IMG/VR virus record: IMGVR_UViG_3300009093_000009
Origin: a virus
Reading direction: 5' to 3' (one strand)
Length of the DNA stretch: 64,000 nt
The position numbers were made by a program, and so were the translations under genes. Below the pieces are notes generated by a model. It was given only the letters and a program-made list of their open reading frames with translations. It did not search any database and was not told the origin of the DNA. The first letter of the stretch is position 1. Each line of letters opens with the position of its first letter. Shown here one piece after another: positions 53,701-62,667 of this stretch.

Positions 53701-54823
53701 TACGGCGGGTCTGGCCGAAGGCGCGGCTGGCCTTGGCCTTAGCAGGGCGGCGCGTCGTGGCGGCATTTCCAGCTATCGCGCAGCGTCACAGGCTCTCACA
53801 TCTTCTCTCCACGATGAAGACTCTGGCTTGGCCGCAGAGCAGGCGAAAGGTGGGCTAACCTACGATCAGGAGCAGCGTATCAAGCGTCGTAGGATTGCTA
53901 TCGAGAGCGAGACGGATGCGACCCAATGGGACGCACTTGAAACCGGCATTAACATGCGCTACAAGAACGCCGGTAATCAGGTGCGTGGCTCCGGCATGGC
54001 GATGCTTGGCGCGGTAGGGCAGGCGGCGCGGGAATATGCCGATGCGGGCGTGGAAGCCGACAGCCCAATTTGGGGTGATCTGAATACGAAGCGCAGAGCG
54101 GCGCAGGCAGCCGCCTATTCGCAGTACGACATCACGCGCTATAACATCCCGATGATGGGTCTGGAGCACGCGGAGAAGATGGCGCAGAGCCTTCCCTTCT
54201 CTCCCGGCTCCGGCATGGCGCGGGCGGCTGGCAGGCTCTCGATGCGCGGCGGCTATTTGCAGGAGCGCATCGGGCGCTATCGATCGCTCATGGCGGCGGG
54301 CGATCTATCGGAAGAAGAGCAGCAGCAGCAAGTCGCGCAGATATACGGGCTGGAAGAGCAGCAGGCAAGCGACCTGGGGCAGTTTGCGCGGGGCGGCGTC
54401 AATCGCATCGTGGGCAGCAGCGCCGGGATGCCTTCTTTCCGTGGCAGATATGACAGCATGGCGATGACAAGGCTATTCCTATCCAGGTCAGGTAATCCAC
54501 GGATGGACCTTGGCTACGCTTCGGGCGCGCATCGCAACTCCGCGCACAACTGGTTCGATCAGTTTGCGGGTCCAGGCTTCGATCCAGGCACGGCGATGAA
54601 CGCCTATGGTCATGGCTCCGCGATGGGTAATGCCTTATCGGGCCATAGCGATGCTAACGCTGGATTAGTGCAGGCTCTCAATGCGCTTACCCGCGCTCTA
54701 TCTGCGAATGGCGGAGGGAACCCAGGCTCAGGGCCGCTTATCCATGAGCAGCGCGGAAGGCTCGATGCAGGCTTGCAGTACAACCGGCTCGATAATCGCG
54801 CGGGGCATGGAGTAACGGGCTGA
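50792..54823 (+). CDS. Tape measure protein
   Basis: 1343 aa, largest ORF, downstream of the chaperone pair. Helical Ala/Gln/Arg-rich sequence with a Gly-rich insert. Confidence 0.8.
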   Translation: MPDAVITSEIDLKAEAAFGILSSLQKRSDDLRRSLSNINVGLETNHSAGSTGPGTGSPSAAGVASLSTSSPARRGGAPTNPGVMPQITHRATGAAVAGVSSASDVRIPTPPVSNATAGSPSTSQRVSGAAETMVGSEGMAYSTLPETPSSIPRYRIRTDRTDFPSFVPPSAGAGSRVFRGIGGGGSSGGGGGGGGSDSGDDEDDDGEGQPFKERKMRRGSWASLRHTRKVRTLQAHNVDVDEGMGRKAVYSTETDYVVGKASQSEAIRNVRNSARADRLNIRTGNAVDPDDPIALATAEQSYQTMQVGRSTMRAGYRTARRVANVNNATASTLPSEVDESDLLQAEADVRDNSIRINRLGRRARQDAKRSHAPSYNLNTGKIENAPDGMADDYNDWQQAMDDGIDPGDIDSFANQPMRRLRRFSKTPGGRYAYSAGRGAMYAIGQSAAEYLHVQAQEQITGRRDDMAMAGVGGQLVGGVLGASIGGLFGPFSGLIGASVGSQVGSMAVEASLAGQYGRSQRLMGNAGLTALGYSGAELERQSATAGNAWHPEYQNNFGGQVGGSLYNVTQAIPMLGPMVKAWLQQGDPTGSLMPDQAAIEKYRNQLVSLSMQAGDKPTMGELSRTFAPGRTSIDIERTMGSYRRAALGPSTDYNEAEKFLTMGPGDYLQSFAPGEISDSQQQAWLDNYKMLMQGGHRSKQRSTMSTVYQSRANRALLNGGRASDAESALSDLDSTMMTRVGDISDEMRAIANMPGGTTSQQYADLLAEKESVYTGQLQARRYKTEAYNADARAEVGYGYATSGRRMAGVMLTGNSAALRGITSTVVSAMDADISAQAENIRRMREGGYSQAEIRAAENSQVDAETKRMQMPYQIADQALGRYQHERATGMGALETGAYRATQYGSMGDISSAFSAMRSARMGTAAGLIAQRGGVSYEQKLGIDDAINTINRQDIAEQISLRDIGLGRASDTAGLAEGAAGLGLSRAARRGGISSYRAASQALTSSLHDEDSGLAAEQAKGGLTYDQEQRIKRRRIAIESETDATQWDALETGINMRYKNAGNQVRGSGMAMLGAVGQAAREYADAGVEADSPIWGDLNTKRRAAQAAAYSQYDITRYNIPMMGLEHAEKMAQSLPFSPGSGMARAAGRLSMRGGYLQERIGRYRSLMAAGDLSEEEQQQQVAQIYGLEEQQASDLGQFARGGVNRIVGSSAGMPSFRGRYDSMAMTRLFLSRSGNPRMDLGYASGAHRNSAHNWFDQFAGPGFDPGTAMNAYGHGSAMGNALSGHSDANAGLVQALNALTRALSANGGGNPGSGPLIHEQRGRLDAGLQYNRLDNRAGHGVTG

Positions 54824-57132
54824 TGCCAGGAGAACTCGTAGGACACGCCACAGCCGCTCTCCAGGGACCGGCGATACGCTATAGCTATCTAAATAAGCCA
54901 CCGCTAGTGCTCACCACGCTTGCCCAGGACGTGCAGTACAAGAGCGGACCGACGCTTGGCTCAGGACGCTATAGCCCGACAGCAGGCATGATCTTTGCGC
55001 CGGAGCAGTTCCTTGGAACGGGAACTTACCTGCATGATAATCCGGCTTCTGGGAGGCACTTCACAAAATCATCGGGCACGGCAGACGACAACTATCGGAT
55101 GCCTATCTACGATGTACCCGCTATCTTCTGCAACGATGGCTCGGCGGGCGGCGGCTACGATCTTCTGGCCGATGACAGCTTCGATACCGGCATCGAGACG
55201 GCCACTATCGCGCTCATGGCAGGCCCCTGCCCTCCGGCTGTCATCGCGACATCCGACAACTGTTACAAGCGCATCGAACTGGCGGCGGGGCAGGCACGCA
55301 ATATCGAGATACTCTTTGCCTTCGCGCAGCCCGTGCGCGTGCGCTTTACCGAAGATAGCGGCGCAACCTGGAAAAACGTCGAGCAGGAGAAGGGCGCAAC
55401 GCCCGCAGACCTGCACTTCGCCAAGTCCGATGTCGTGGCGGTCTACATCAAGCCGATTAAGACGAAGGGCCTCTGTATCATCGAGACGAGTGAAGGCCAT
55501 CAGTTTCGGGTGCAGCCTTCCGATACCTGGACACAGAATAACCCGCAGGGTACCTGGCTGCCCTCCACGGGCCGCATACGGCTGCATGGGCAGAATGGAT
55601 GGGCCAGCTTCGCCTACATGCCCACGCGAGGCGGTAGCATCGAAGTCGAGCGCGTCCATAAGATCGGATACGACCATCCGCAGGCCGCAGCCGCGTGGGT
55701 TAGCCCCGGCCTTATGAGTCATCAGGATGGTCAGACCTACTCCCATACCGTAACGCCCGCCGATGGTAATATCGGCTGGACTTCCCAGGGATCGCTCGAT
55801 GACGCGGGGGAAGGGCTTGGCAGCTTCGAGCCTTTCCGATGGGCCGCGTCTCAGCTTATCGTTCCCCCCGACTTTACCGATGGCGTTACCGATGGCCTGA
55901 ACTCCATCACGACCGTCTTCCTGCGGCTCTCGGGCGTCACGGTAGAGCATCAGCTTGACGATAATCGGCGCATGTTCGGCAGCGTCTTAACGGACATCGT
56001 GGCAAACAACGACGGCAACCAGTACATCGGAGCGGCGGGGAACCTGGCCTGCGTCGTAAGTACCAGCAACGATGGTGGCGCAACCCTGATAAAGCATGGC
56101 GAATACATCGTGGGCATAGGAGAAGATGGCTTCTGCTATGAGAACCCCTCCGCCGGCATCAACGATCTAAAGGCCATGGGAGTCGATAGGATGGTCTTCC
56201 TGGGCGGCTCCTCGGAAGAACCCGTCATCAGCGGCATCGAAGTCGTTCAGGATGGGTGGGCCGCGTTCTCCGGCATCCGGTACTGGGCGCATCGCGGCGG
56301 CATCCACGACCGATACCTGGGGCTTCTGCCCGATGCCCAATCCACCGATGGCATCTACGTGCCTCCCGGCGCTCCCGGCACGAACGCTCCCTACGGCAAG
56401 GCGGGAGACGACTATGCGGGCCACTGGCCCATCCTGCCCGAAGGAACCGGCGATCAGCCGATAACCGTGTGGCCCGCCACCACCAGCCCGATAAGCGCCC
56501 TGCAATCCATCGTGCAGGACTTGGCCGAAGTGGTCTACGACTTCGGAACTCCGGTCCGTCTCGCGCCCTACTATATGGGCTTCGATGCGGACAGCAACCT
56601 TATCATTGAACCCTTCGATCCCGATAGCCAACAGCCCGTCTACGGCTTCACCGACCGCAACAGCTTTGACGCGCAGGATGCTTACCCGGAAGTCGCCTGG
56701 ATCACGATCCCCTCGAACCTGCGCGTGACCAACTCCATCACCAACCTGCGCGGAGAATTGACCGCCGCTGGACAGGACTGGATCACCAACGAACTGCTGA
56801 TCGAGCATCGGGATAACGGGCCGTCCGTCAAGGAAGCCATCGGATATAATCGCTCCTGCTACATCCAGTCGGAGCGGTGGGGCGATCAGGGATACCTGTC
56901 CGGCGTGGCCGACGGCATCCAGGTCTTGACTTCCCTTCCCACGCAGATCGCAAGCGCGACGCTGCCGCATCTGCCTCAGCTTCGGATGGGCCAGTCCGTG
57001 CTGATATGGCACGCCTATACCGGCCTCATACCCGCTAAATTCTACATCACCAGGGCGCGGCATCGCGCATACGATGGAGCCAGCCCTATTCTCGATACCT
57101 ACTTCGTGGCCCGACGACAGACAGGAGCATAA
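54823..57132 (+). CDS. Tail tip / distal tail protein
   Basis: 769 aa. ATGA overlap with the tape measure stop. Confidence 0.6.
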   Translation: MPGELVGHATAALQGPAIRYSYLNKPPLVLTTLAQDVQYKSGPTLGSGRYSPTAGMIFAPEQFLGTGTYLHDNPASGRHFTKSSGTADDNYRMPIYDVPAIFCNDGSAGGGYDLLADDSFDTGIETATIALMAGPCPPAVIATSDNCYKRIELAAGQARNIEILFAFAQPVRVRFTEDSGATWKNVEQEKGATPADLHFAKSDVVAVYIKPIKTKGLCIIETSEGHQFRVQPSDTWTQNNPQGTWLPSTGRIRLHGQNGWASFAYMPTRGGSIEVERVHKIGYDHPQAAAAWVSPGLMSHQDGQTYSHTVTPADGNIGWTSQGSLDDAGEGLGSFEPFRWAASQLIVPPDFTDGVTDGLNSITTVFLRLSGVTVEHQLDDNRRMFGSVLTDIVANNDGNQYIGAAGNLACVVSTSNDGGATLIKHGEYIVGIGEDGFCYENPSAGINDLKAMGVDRMVFLGGSSEEPVISGIEVVQDGWAAFSGIRYWAHRGGIHDRYLGLLPDAQSTDGIYVPPGAPGTNAPYGKAGDDYAGHWPILPEGTGDQPITVWPATTSPISALQSIVQDLAEVVYDFGTPVRLAPYYMGFDADSNLIIEPFDPDSQQPVYGFTDRNSFDAQDAYPEVAWITIPSNLRVTNSITNLRGELTAAGQDWITNELLIEHRDNGPSVKEAIGYNRSCYIQSERWGDQGYLSGVADGIQVLTSLPTQIASATLPHLPQLRMGQSVLIWHAYTGLIPAKFYITRARHRAYDGASPILDTYFVARRQTGA

Positions 57133-57133
57133 A

Positions 57134-57892
57134 GTGCGAACCTATACACAAAGAGAAATGAACGCCTTTCTTAAAAGCCGTAAGATGCTGCACGGCGTCT
57201 TCACGGCGAAGCACTACCGGCACGATCCCGTGACGGGAGAGCGGGAGGCAAAGCCTTACAAGGTTTTCACGGGCGAGAACAGCATCGTCAATGGCGGCGG
57301 ACTTGCCTGGCTGAACCTGCTGATAGGCGCGGGAGGCACGCCCTTCGATAACACCCACAGCTACTTCGGAGTGGGAGACGACAACACGGCCACCGCCGCC
57401 ACGATGACCGACCTGCAAGGCGCGCTCGCCGCCACGGTGAATATCGCATCGAGTACCAACGCCAGCCCGATAGTGCTGACCACATCGGCGGCGCATGGCT
57501 ATACCGCAGGCGATACCATCACCGTTGACGGCCACCTGGTAAATACATCGGCGAATGGAACCTGGGTGATAACCGTGCCAACCGGAACGACCATCGGACT
57601 TGTCGGATCGGTGGGCGTTGGCGTGGGGGCAGGAACCGGAACGACCGCCAAGGGCAACCGCTTCCGCGTGCCGGTTTCGGCCACCTTCCCCTCCATCACA
57701 GGGCAGGTCTGCAAGTGGGAGGCGGTCTTCGGTCCTGGGCAGGCGGAGTGGGCCACGGGCATCAAGGAAGGCGCGGTGTTCAACGGTTTCGTGGCGAGCG
57801 CAAGCACGATGCTTGCCCGTACCATACAGAACCTGGGAGTAAAAGCGCCGGGTACGTCCATCACCCTCGACTATAGCGTGCATTGCCCATAA
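57134..57892 (+). CDS. Tail tip-associated protein
   Basis: GTG start behind an AGGAG RBS. The longer track ORF overlaps the upstream gene. Confidence 0.5.
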   Translation: MRTYTQREMNAFLKSRKMLHGVFTAKHYRHDPVTGEREAKPYKVFTGENSIVNGGGLAWLNLLIGAGGTPFDNTHSYFGVGDDNTATAATMTDLQGALAATVNIASSTNASPIVLTTSAAHGYTAGDTITVDGHLVNTSANGTWVITVPTGTTIGLVGSVGVGVGAGTGTTAKGNRFRVPVSATFPSITGQVCKWEAVFGPGQAEWATGIKEGAVFNGFVASASTMLARTIQNLGVKAPGTSITLDYSVHCP

Positions 57893-57895
57893 TCG

Positions 57896-60895
57896 ATGTC
57901 TAACGTCTTCACGGAAGATTTTGATGGCGTAACCGCGCCCACGCTCCCTTCCACCATCACGGCGGCGGGAACCTACCAGACATCGGCCACGCACGCTCAG
58001 ACAAGTCCCAACAGCGTCGTGGCTGCTGTCACGGGTGGCCTGAATGCCGCCGTCTGCTACTTCAATGGCGCGGACGATGGCAATGGCGGAAACAGCGTGG
58101 CGCGGCTCTACGTGGGCGCGGAGGCGCTGGTAGGCGGCGTTGCGGCGGCAATGGCCTACAACCGCATGACCACGCCCACCATCAGCAATGGCACGCTGGT
58201 AGGTTATCGTCTCTATATCGACTTCGTTCTTGGCCGTCTCCAGATGGACGAGATAAGCCTGGGGGCTGGCCTGGGCCTGGGTCATGTCGATAGCACGGAT
58301 TTCTTTACCGTTCCCGAACACTACATCCTGGAACTGGAAACCAATCTTCACCTGATAACGGGCCGCGTTCAGAGACAGTCCGATGGGCATTGGCTCGACA
58401 ATTCAGGCGCGTGGCAGAGCAGTATCCAGGACTGCATCGTGGCGACAGACTATACCGTCACCGGCGCGGGCTACGCGGGATTTGCCATCGCTATCTCAAG
58501 CATGTCGAACGTGCTGTGGGTCGATGACCTGTCCCTGGATACCGTCGTCGCGCCCATCCAGATATTCATCGATGGCTCGCCCTCGGACGGCCCGCTCTAT
58601 CTTTCCAGGGCGGAAGTCGCCGATCCCTCCACGGCGGCTGATGGCAGCCTGATCCTATCGAGAGCAGAGATACCCGACAGCTTCCTGCCTTCCGTGGAAG
58701 CCCTGTCGATGCAGCCCTTCTTCTCTCTCTTCGATGACGCCCGCATCGGCGTGGATTACATCGGGGTAGCAGGCGGAGCCTTCTCCTTCGATCCCGATGG
58801 CCCTGCCGATGCATCGAGCGATACTATCGCCATCACGAACTACCACCTCTCGATAGAGGATCAGGGATCGGCTGCCGTCGATGGGTTTGCCGTCGCGCCT
58901 TACTATATCCTGAATGAGCCTGATCCCGTGGCGGGCGATCTTGCCATGGCCGCAAAGTACGATGCTTCCGCCTGCGCAGCCTCCAAGTACCATAGCGGCA
59001 TCGCGCAGAACTGGAGTATATCGGGCAAGCTGCGTAACATTACGCACATGGCACCGAGCGGTCCAGACTTCTTTCACAATAATCTGACCGGCATTCCGCT
59101 AACCGCTTTCTGGTTCTCCTACTCCGACCCTTTTGTCGTCAAGATATGCGGCGGCGCGGGAGTTCCCGGAGGCGTCGATGAGTGCGTCTATCAGACTACA
59201 TCCCTATCGCACGCCACCACCGATAAGAATGGAGCCTTCTCATTCACAAATACAGGCATGAACATGGATGCCTGCCAAATACTGATAGGCACCTATATCA
59301 AAAACCCGATCTACGATCCCATCAACTGCGGAACGTTCGATGCGTGGGGCAATAGTTCTCTACAGGAGTACATTCTTGATAGGTCCGACTTTGAGTGGCG
59401 CTGGTATGCAGGACTGTCCATCAAGCAGCGCTTTACGCCCAACGCCTCCTCGCTCTCTGCCTTTAACGCCCTGATGCCGACCTACGCCGTGCTTCTTCTC
59501 GGACCTGACAGTCCTGGAGAAGTATTCTATGGCACCAGCAGTAACCGGCCTGGCGATAGCACGTCCTGGATCGTGGACGCCTGGGTCGATAATAACAGAC
59601 CGCTATCTATCTACGGCTTTGCCAATGGCGCTATCCACGATGTCACTCCCTATTATGCCAACGCAGGGCAGGGCAGGGTGCGCATCACGGACGGCTACGG
59701 CAGGAGCGGTATCTGCTATCCGATCTATCCCACGGGCAACCTGGGGCTGATGGCGCTTGCCATTTCCGATGGCGTGGAGTGGTGGTATGTCACGAAGGTC
59801 GAACTCCTCGATTATACGCCTACCTTCGCGGAAATCATGGCATCGCCCATCAAGAGCCATCGGCCTGACGGGCCGCAATCCGATTATTTTCTCGACTATG
59901 GAGTGAAGGTCAATCCTCCCGATACTAACTTTTCCGATACCAGAAGCCAGATCGGGAACCGTATCATGGGACCGGGAGAGTTTTATGCCTTAACCGGCAT
60001 GGCTGTCGATCCCGCGCTTCGTAACCGAAGCGTAAGCAGCTTCAAGGATACCGTGGTCTTCGCCTGGATCAACGATGCGGGCGCGCTAAAGGTAGCCCGC
60101 CATCGCAGCATAAAAGGCCATATCGGGCATCCGACCGATGGCTGGCTTGCCACGCAAACCCTGATGACGGCGAACGCCGCGCACGTCGCCGTGACATTTA
60201 TCCACACATCCCGATGCTACATCGCGGCCCTGGACACGTCCACGGGATCGGGAAAGCTGTGGGTATCGGATGACAATGGCGATACCTGGACGCCCACGAC
60301 GGAGGGAGCAGCTTTCGAGAGCAGCGACTTTGGGCAGGGCTTGACCGCAGCCTGCTATGTGAATGCAAGCGGAGGCGATAGCGCTCCCTTCTTCGCGCAG
60401 CTTCGGGATAACAAGGGCGCGTCATGGGTCACGGAGACGGTCATCGGCAGTGGTGGGGAGCCTACGGAACTCTTTGCGGGAATCGCGTTCCTGAAGTCGG
60501 GATGGGCGATGGCCTGGAACTTCGGCAGTGAAGTGCATACGGCCTTCACTACAGGTTATCCGGCATCTACCGTCACGGCTGGCCTTGTGGTCAATAATAC
60601 GGTGCTGACGAGCGTGACGACTCTATCGGGTAAGTGCGTGGGAATGGTGCGCGGAGGCGCGGGAAGCCTTATCATGCTGCTCTACGATACGACCGCCAGA
60701 ACTTCCCGGCTGGCCTGGAGCGGCGACCGTGGGAAGACCTGGCGGCAGATGGCATCGGCCATGACCTTAGTGCCTACCATGATGCAGGCTCCCGCAATTG
60801 TGGCGCTGGAAGGCGGATACGCAGCAGTTTGCTGGCAGGAAAGTGATGTGCCGAAATTCCGACTAACACTGGATACCGGCAGGACGGTGCAGTAA
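57896..60895 (+). CDS. Tail fibre / receptor-binding protein with C-terminal BNR (Asp-box) beta-propeller
   Basis: 999 aa, last late gene. Asp-box-like repeats SDDNGDTW and SGDRGKTW, with a weaker DNKGASW. Confidence 0.65.
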   Translation: MSNVFTEDFDGVTAPTLPSTITAAGTYQTSATHAQTSPNSVVAAVTGGLNAAVCYFNGADDGNGGNSVARLYVGAEALVGGVAAAMAYNRMTTPTISNGTLVGYRLYIDFVLGRLQMDEISLGAGLGLGHVDSTDFFTVPEHYILELETNLHLITGRVQRQSDGHWLDNSGAWQSSIQDCIVATDYTVTGAGYAGFAIAISSMSNVLWVDDLSLDTVVAPIQIFIDGSPSDGPLYLSRAEVADPSTAADGSLILSRAEIPDSFLPSVEALSMQPFFSLFDDARIGVDYIGVAGGAFSFDPDGPADASSDTIAITNYHLSIEDQGSAAVDGFAVAPYYILNEPDPVAGDLAMAAKYDASACAASKYHSGIAQNWSISGKLRNITHMAPSGPDFFHNNLTGIPLTAFWFSYSDPFVVKICGGAGVPGGVDECVYQTTSLSHATTDKNGAFSFTNTGMNMDACQILIGTYIKNPIYDPINCGTFDAWGNSSLQEYILDRSDFEWRWYAGLSIKQRFTPNASSLSAFNALMPTYAVLLLGPDSPGEVFYGTSSNRPGDSTSWIVDAWVDNNRPLSIYGFANGAIHDVTPYYANAGQGRVRITDGYGRSGICYPIYPTGNLGLMALAISDGVEWWYVTKVELLDYTPTFAEIMASPIKSHRPDGPQSDYFLDYGVKVNPPDTNFSDTRSQIGNRIMGPGEFYALTGMAVDPALRNRSVSSFKDTVVFAWINDAGALKVARHRSIKGHIGHPTDGWLATQTLMTANAAHVAVTFIHTSRCYIAALDTSTGSGKLWVSDDNGDTWTPTTEGAAFESSDFGQGLTAACYVNASGGDSAPFFAQLRDNKGASWVTETVIGSGGEPTELFAGIAFLKSGWAMAWNFGSEVHTAFTTGYPASTVTAGLVVNNTVLTSVTTLSGKCVGMVRGGAGSLIMLLYDTTARTSRLAWSGDRGKTWRQMASAMTLVPTMMQAPAIVALEGGYAAVCWQESDVPKFRLTLDTGRTVQ

Positions 60896-61283
60896 GGTCG
60901 AGCGGTTCTTCCTGGCACAGTGACAGCAGAAACGCCTCCAAATGTGGGCAGGCAGGTAATGTACTATGCCAGGAGTTCCCATCGTGTGACGCCTGGTAGA
61001 TCAGGTCGTTCAGAGTGTTCTCGGTGAATGCTAGGACAAAATCAGGTCCATTGCCTTCCTGCTTACTGAACTTCGGAAACTCGATGATCCAGAAGCAGCC
61101 ATACGGATCACACTCGTAGCATCGATACTCCGTTAGGCACGTTTTTATCTTATAGATGCCATAGGCTGTGTCGAAGTATCGAGAGCAGAGCACCTGCTTC
61201 TGTGCGTGCATGACACGATGGCGTTCGAAGTCTGTGAGCATCTTTTCTTCGACAGAAGCAGATCGATATTCTTTACGCGTCAT
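60774..61283 (-). CDS. Hypothetical cargo protein
   Basis: 169-aa ORF in AT-richer DNA. The last ~40 codons overlap the convergent fibre gene and look non-protein-like. Confidence 0.45.
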   Translation of the reverse strand: MTRKEYRSASVEEKMLTDFERHRVMHAQKQVLCSRYFDTAYGIYKIKTCLTEYRCYECDPYGCFWIIEFPKFSKQEGNGPDFVLAFTENTLNDLIYQASHDGNSWHSTLPACPHLEAFLLSLCQEEPLDLTAPSCRYPVLVGISAHHFPASKLLRIRLPAPQLREPASW

Positions 61284-61584
61284 TCTTCATTAACTCCGCG
61301 TCATGCATCGGTCGCGTTTCTTTTGGGATATATGTAAACGAAGCCACAAGGTTTCCTTGACGATTTACGACAATCCTGTTCCGATTGTCTTGAATGTATC
61401 CATACTCCTCCATTTTAATGATGCTCTTATGAAGATCATCTGGATGTAAGGAAAGTGTCAGTATCGTTGCTGGCATTCCGATGGTATTGGTAACTGTCGT
61501 GTAGTTGAACTCCAGGGCTATGCCATCGAGAAATGCGTCCAGGTCTTCCGGCACGCTTTCGAGCAGGGTTTCTCTTAGTGTCAT
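61273..61584 (-). CDS. Hypothetical cargo protein
   Basis: 103-aa ORF coupled to its neighbours. Confidence 0.5.
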   Translation of the reverse strand: MTLRETLLESVPEDLDAFLDGIALEFNYTTVTNTIGMPATILTLSLHPDDLHKSIIKMEEYGYIQDNRNRIVVNRQGNLVASFTYIPKETRPMHDAELMKNDA

Positions 61585-61808
61585 GGCTTTTCCACCTGCA
61601 TTATCTTTGATAGCTTGTCTTCCCAGGCTGCCAATTCCGAGATCACGCGACGATAGTCCGACATCTCTTCTTCGGTAAGTTCCGCGAACTCGAATTCTCT
61701 TCTGGGCCAGGGATTATCTTTAACATAGTGCGCGCTTTCAGGATCATCGTATGGGTTTTTACCTTCTACCCACATCCCATCTTCGCCCACATGAAAGTAT
61801 ATTTTCAT
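61581..61808 (-). CDS. Hypothetical cargo protein
   Basis: 75-aa ORF behind motif + AAGGAGAGAGA RBS. Confidence 0.5.
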   Translation of the reverse strand: MKIYFHVGEDGMWVEGKNPYDDPESAHYVKDNPWPRREFEFAELTEEEMSDYRRVISELAAWEDKLSKIMQVEKP

Positions 61809-61824
61809 TCTCTCTCCTTAAAAA

Positions 61825-61842
61825 TGCGACCCACGGGTCACA
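61825..61842. repeat. Palindromic motif copy 10
   Basis: TGCGACCCACGGGTCACA, 16 nt upstream of the start at 61808 and abutting the stop of the peptidase gene. Confidence 0.95.
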
Positions 61843-62667
61843 CTATCCGCTGATCGATGTAGCCGTCCAGGCGTCGAAGACCATCAGCGGATGCTTCATT
61901 ATGGCGTAGGGTATCAGTACGTCTCCCTTGATATAGCCCCAATTCGGACCTTTGCAGTTCCTGCACAAGAACTGCTGCTTCACCCGATCATATCCAATGG
62001 CGCAGAGCGCGTGACTATCATAGATGAAGCCTAGCTTATCGGCGGGTGGCATCGGTAGCACGCCGTTCCGATCCGTGTGCATATTGTCGTAGTAGATGAT
62101 ACCGAAGACGAAGCTGTGGCCCGAAGCGATGCAGGCTTCCATGTCTTCGATCACGTAAGAATTGCCATCGGGCGCTCGCTTCACGGTAAGGCAGGACGCT
62201 TCTATGACCTTGTGCTTTGCGGCTTCCGCCAGGGCAGATTTGTCGGGCGTCGAGTACCAGTGAGCCTTCGTGTAGCCGTAGTACACTTCGGAGCACAGCC
62301 CTATTTGCTGCGCCGAAGTGATTGCGTCTGCCACAGCTACACCAGAATTCTGCTTCGTCCTGGCTGTGCCGCCTCCACGAAGTCGAGCATCATACCAAGA
62401 CAGCATCCGTGATGGCAGCGAACGGTTGGCAGGATTATCGACTGGAAGGCCTAGCCTGTGTCGCAGGTGATCGAGATGGATGGATAGCTGGTTTGCCACA
62501 CAGTTGTTCGATGGTCCCTGGTCAACTGGTTTACCGATATAGTTATCGAACTCTGCCTTCAGGCTGAATACTGGTAGTATATCCCGTGTAATCTTAGGCT
62601 GAAATATCGGGAACTTGCTTTCATCGTCAGGCCTAATTGCGCCTGGACCTACTCTTTTATCGGACAT
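61843..62667 (-). CDS. Papain-family (C1) cysteine peptidase
   Basis: PVDQGPSNNCVANQ (Gln/Cys box), HALCAIGYD (His box), RNCKGPNWGYIKG (Asn-x-W-G box). Start at MSDKRVG behind GGGAGAAAGAG. No signal peptide. Confidence 0.7.
   Translation of the reverse strand: MSDKRVGPGAIRPDDESKFPIFQPKITRDILPVFSLKAEFDNYIGKPVDQGPSNNCVANQLSIHLDHLRHRLGLPVDNPANRSLPSRMLSWYDARLRGGGTARTKQNSGVAVADAITSAQQIGLCSEVYYGYTKAHWYSTPDKSALAEAAKHKVIEASCLTVKRAPDGNSYVIEDMEACIASGHSFVFGIIYYDNMHTDRNGVLPMPPADKLGFIYDSHALCAIGYDRVKQQFLCRNCKGPNWGYIKGDVLIPYAIMKHPLMVFDAWTATSISG

Noticed and set aside
55069-57063. Two long minus-strand ORFs (55069-55950 and 56167-57063) and a 240-aa plus-strand alternative frame (54995-55717)
   Set aside because: All overlap the 769-aa tail tip gene. 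Their sequences are Arg/Gly/Pro-rich and low in complexity.
57086-58390. 434-aa ORF on the minus strand
   Set aside because: Lies antisense to the coupled tail genes 57134-57892 and 57896-60895. Its composition is Arg/Gly/Ala/His-rich, it has no RBS, and it looks like the shadow ORFs common in GC-rich DNA.
2789-61842. Reading the repeated palindrome as a CRISPR array or as terminal inverted repeats of insertion elements
   Set aside because: The copies are kilobases apart, not regularly spaced, and have no repeat-spacer structure. No transposase is present, and the flanks are ordinary phage genes.
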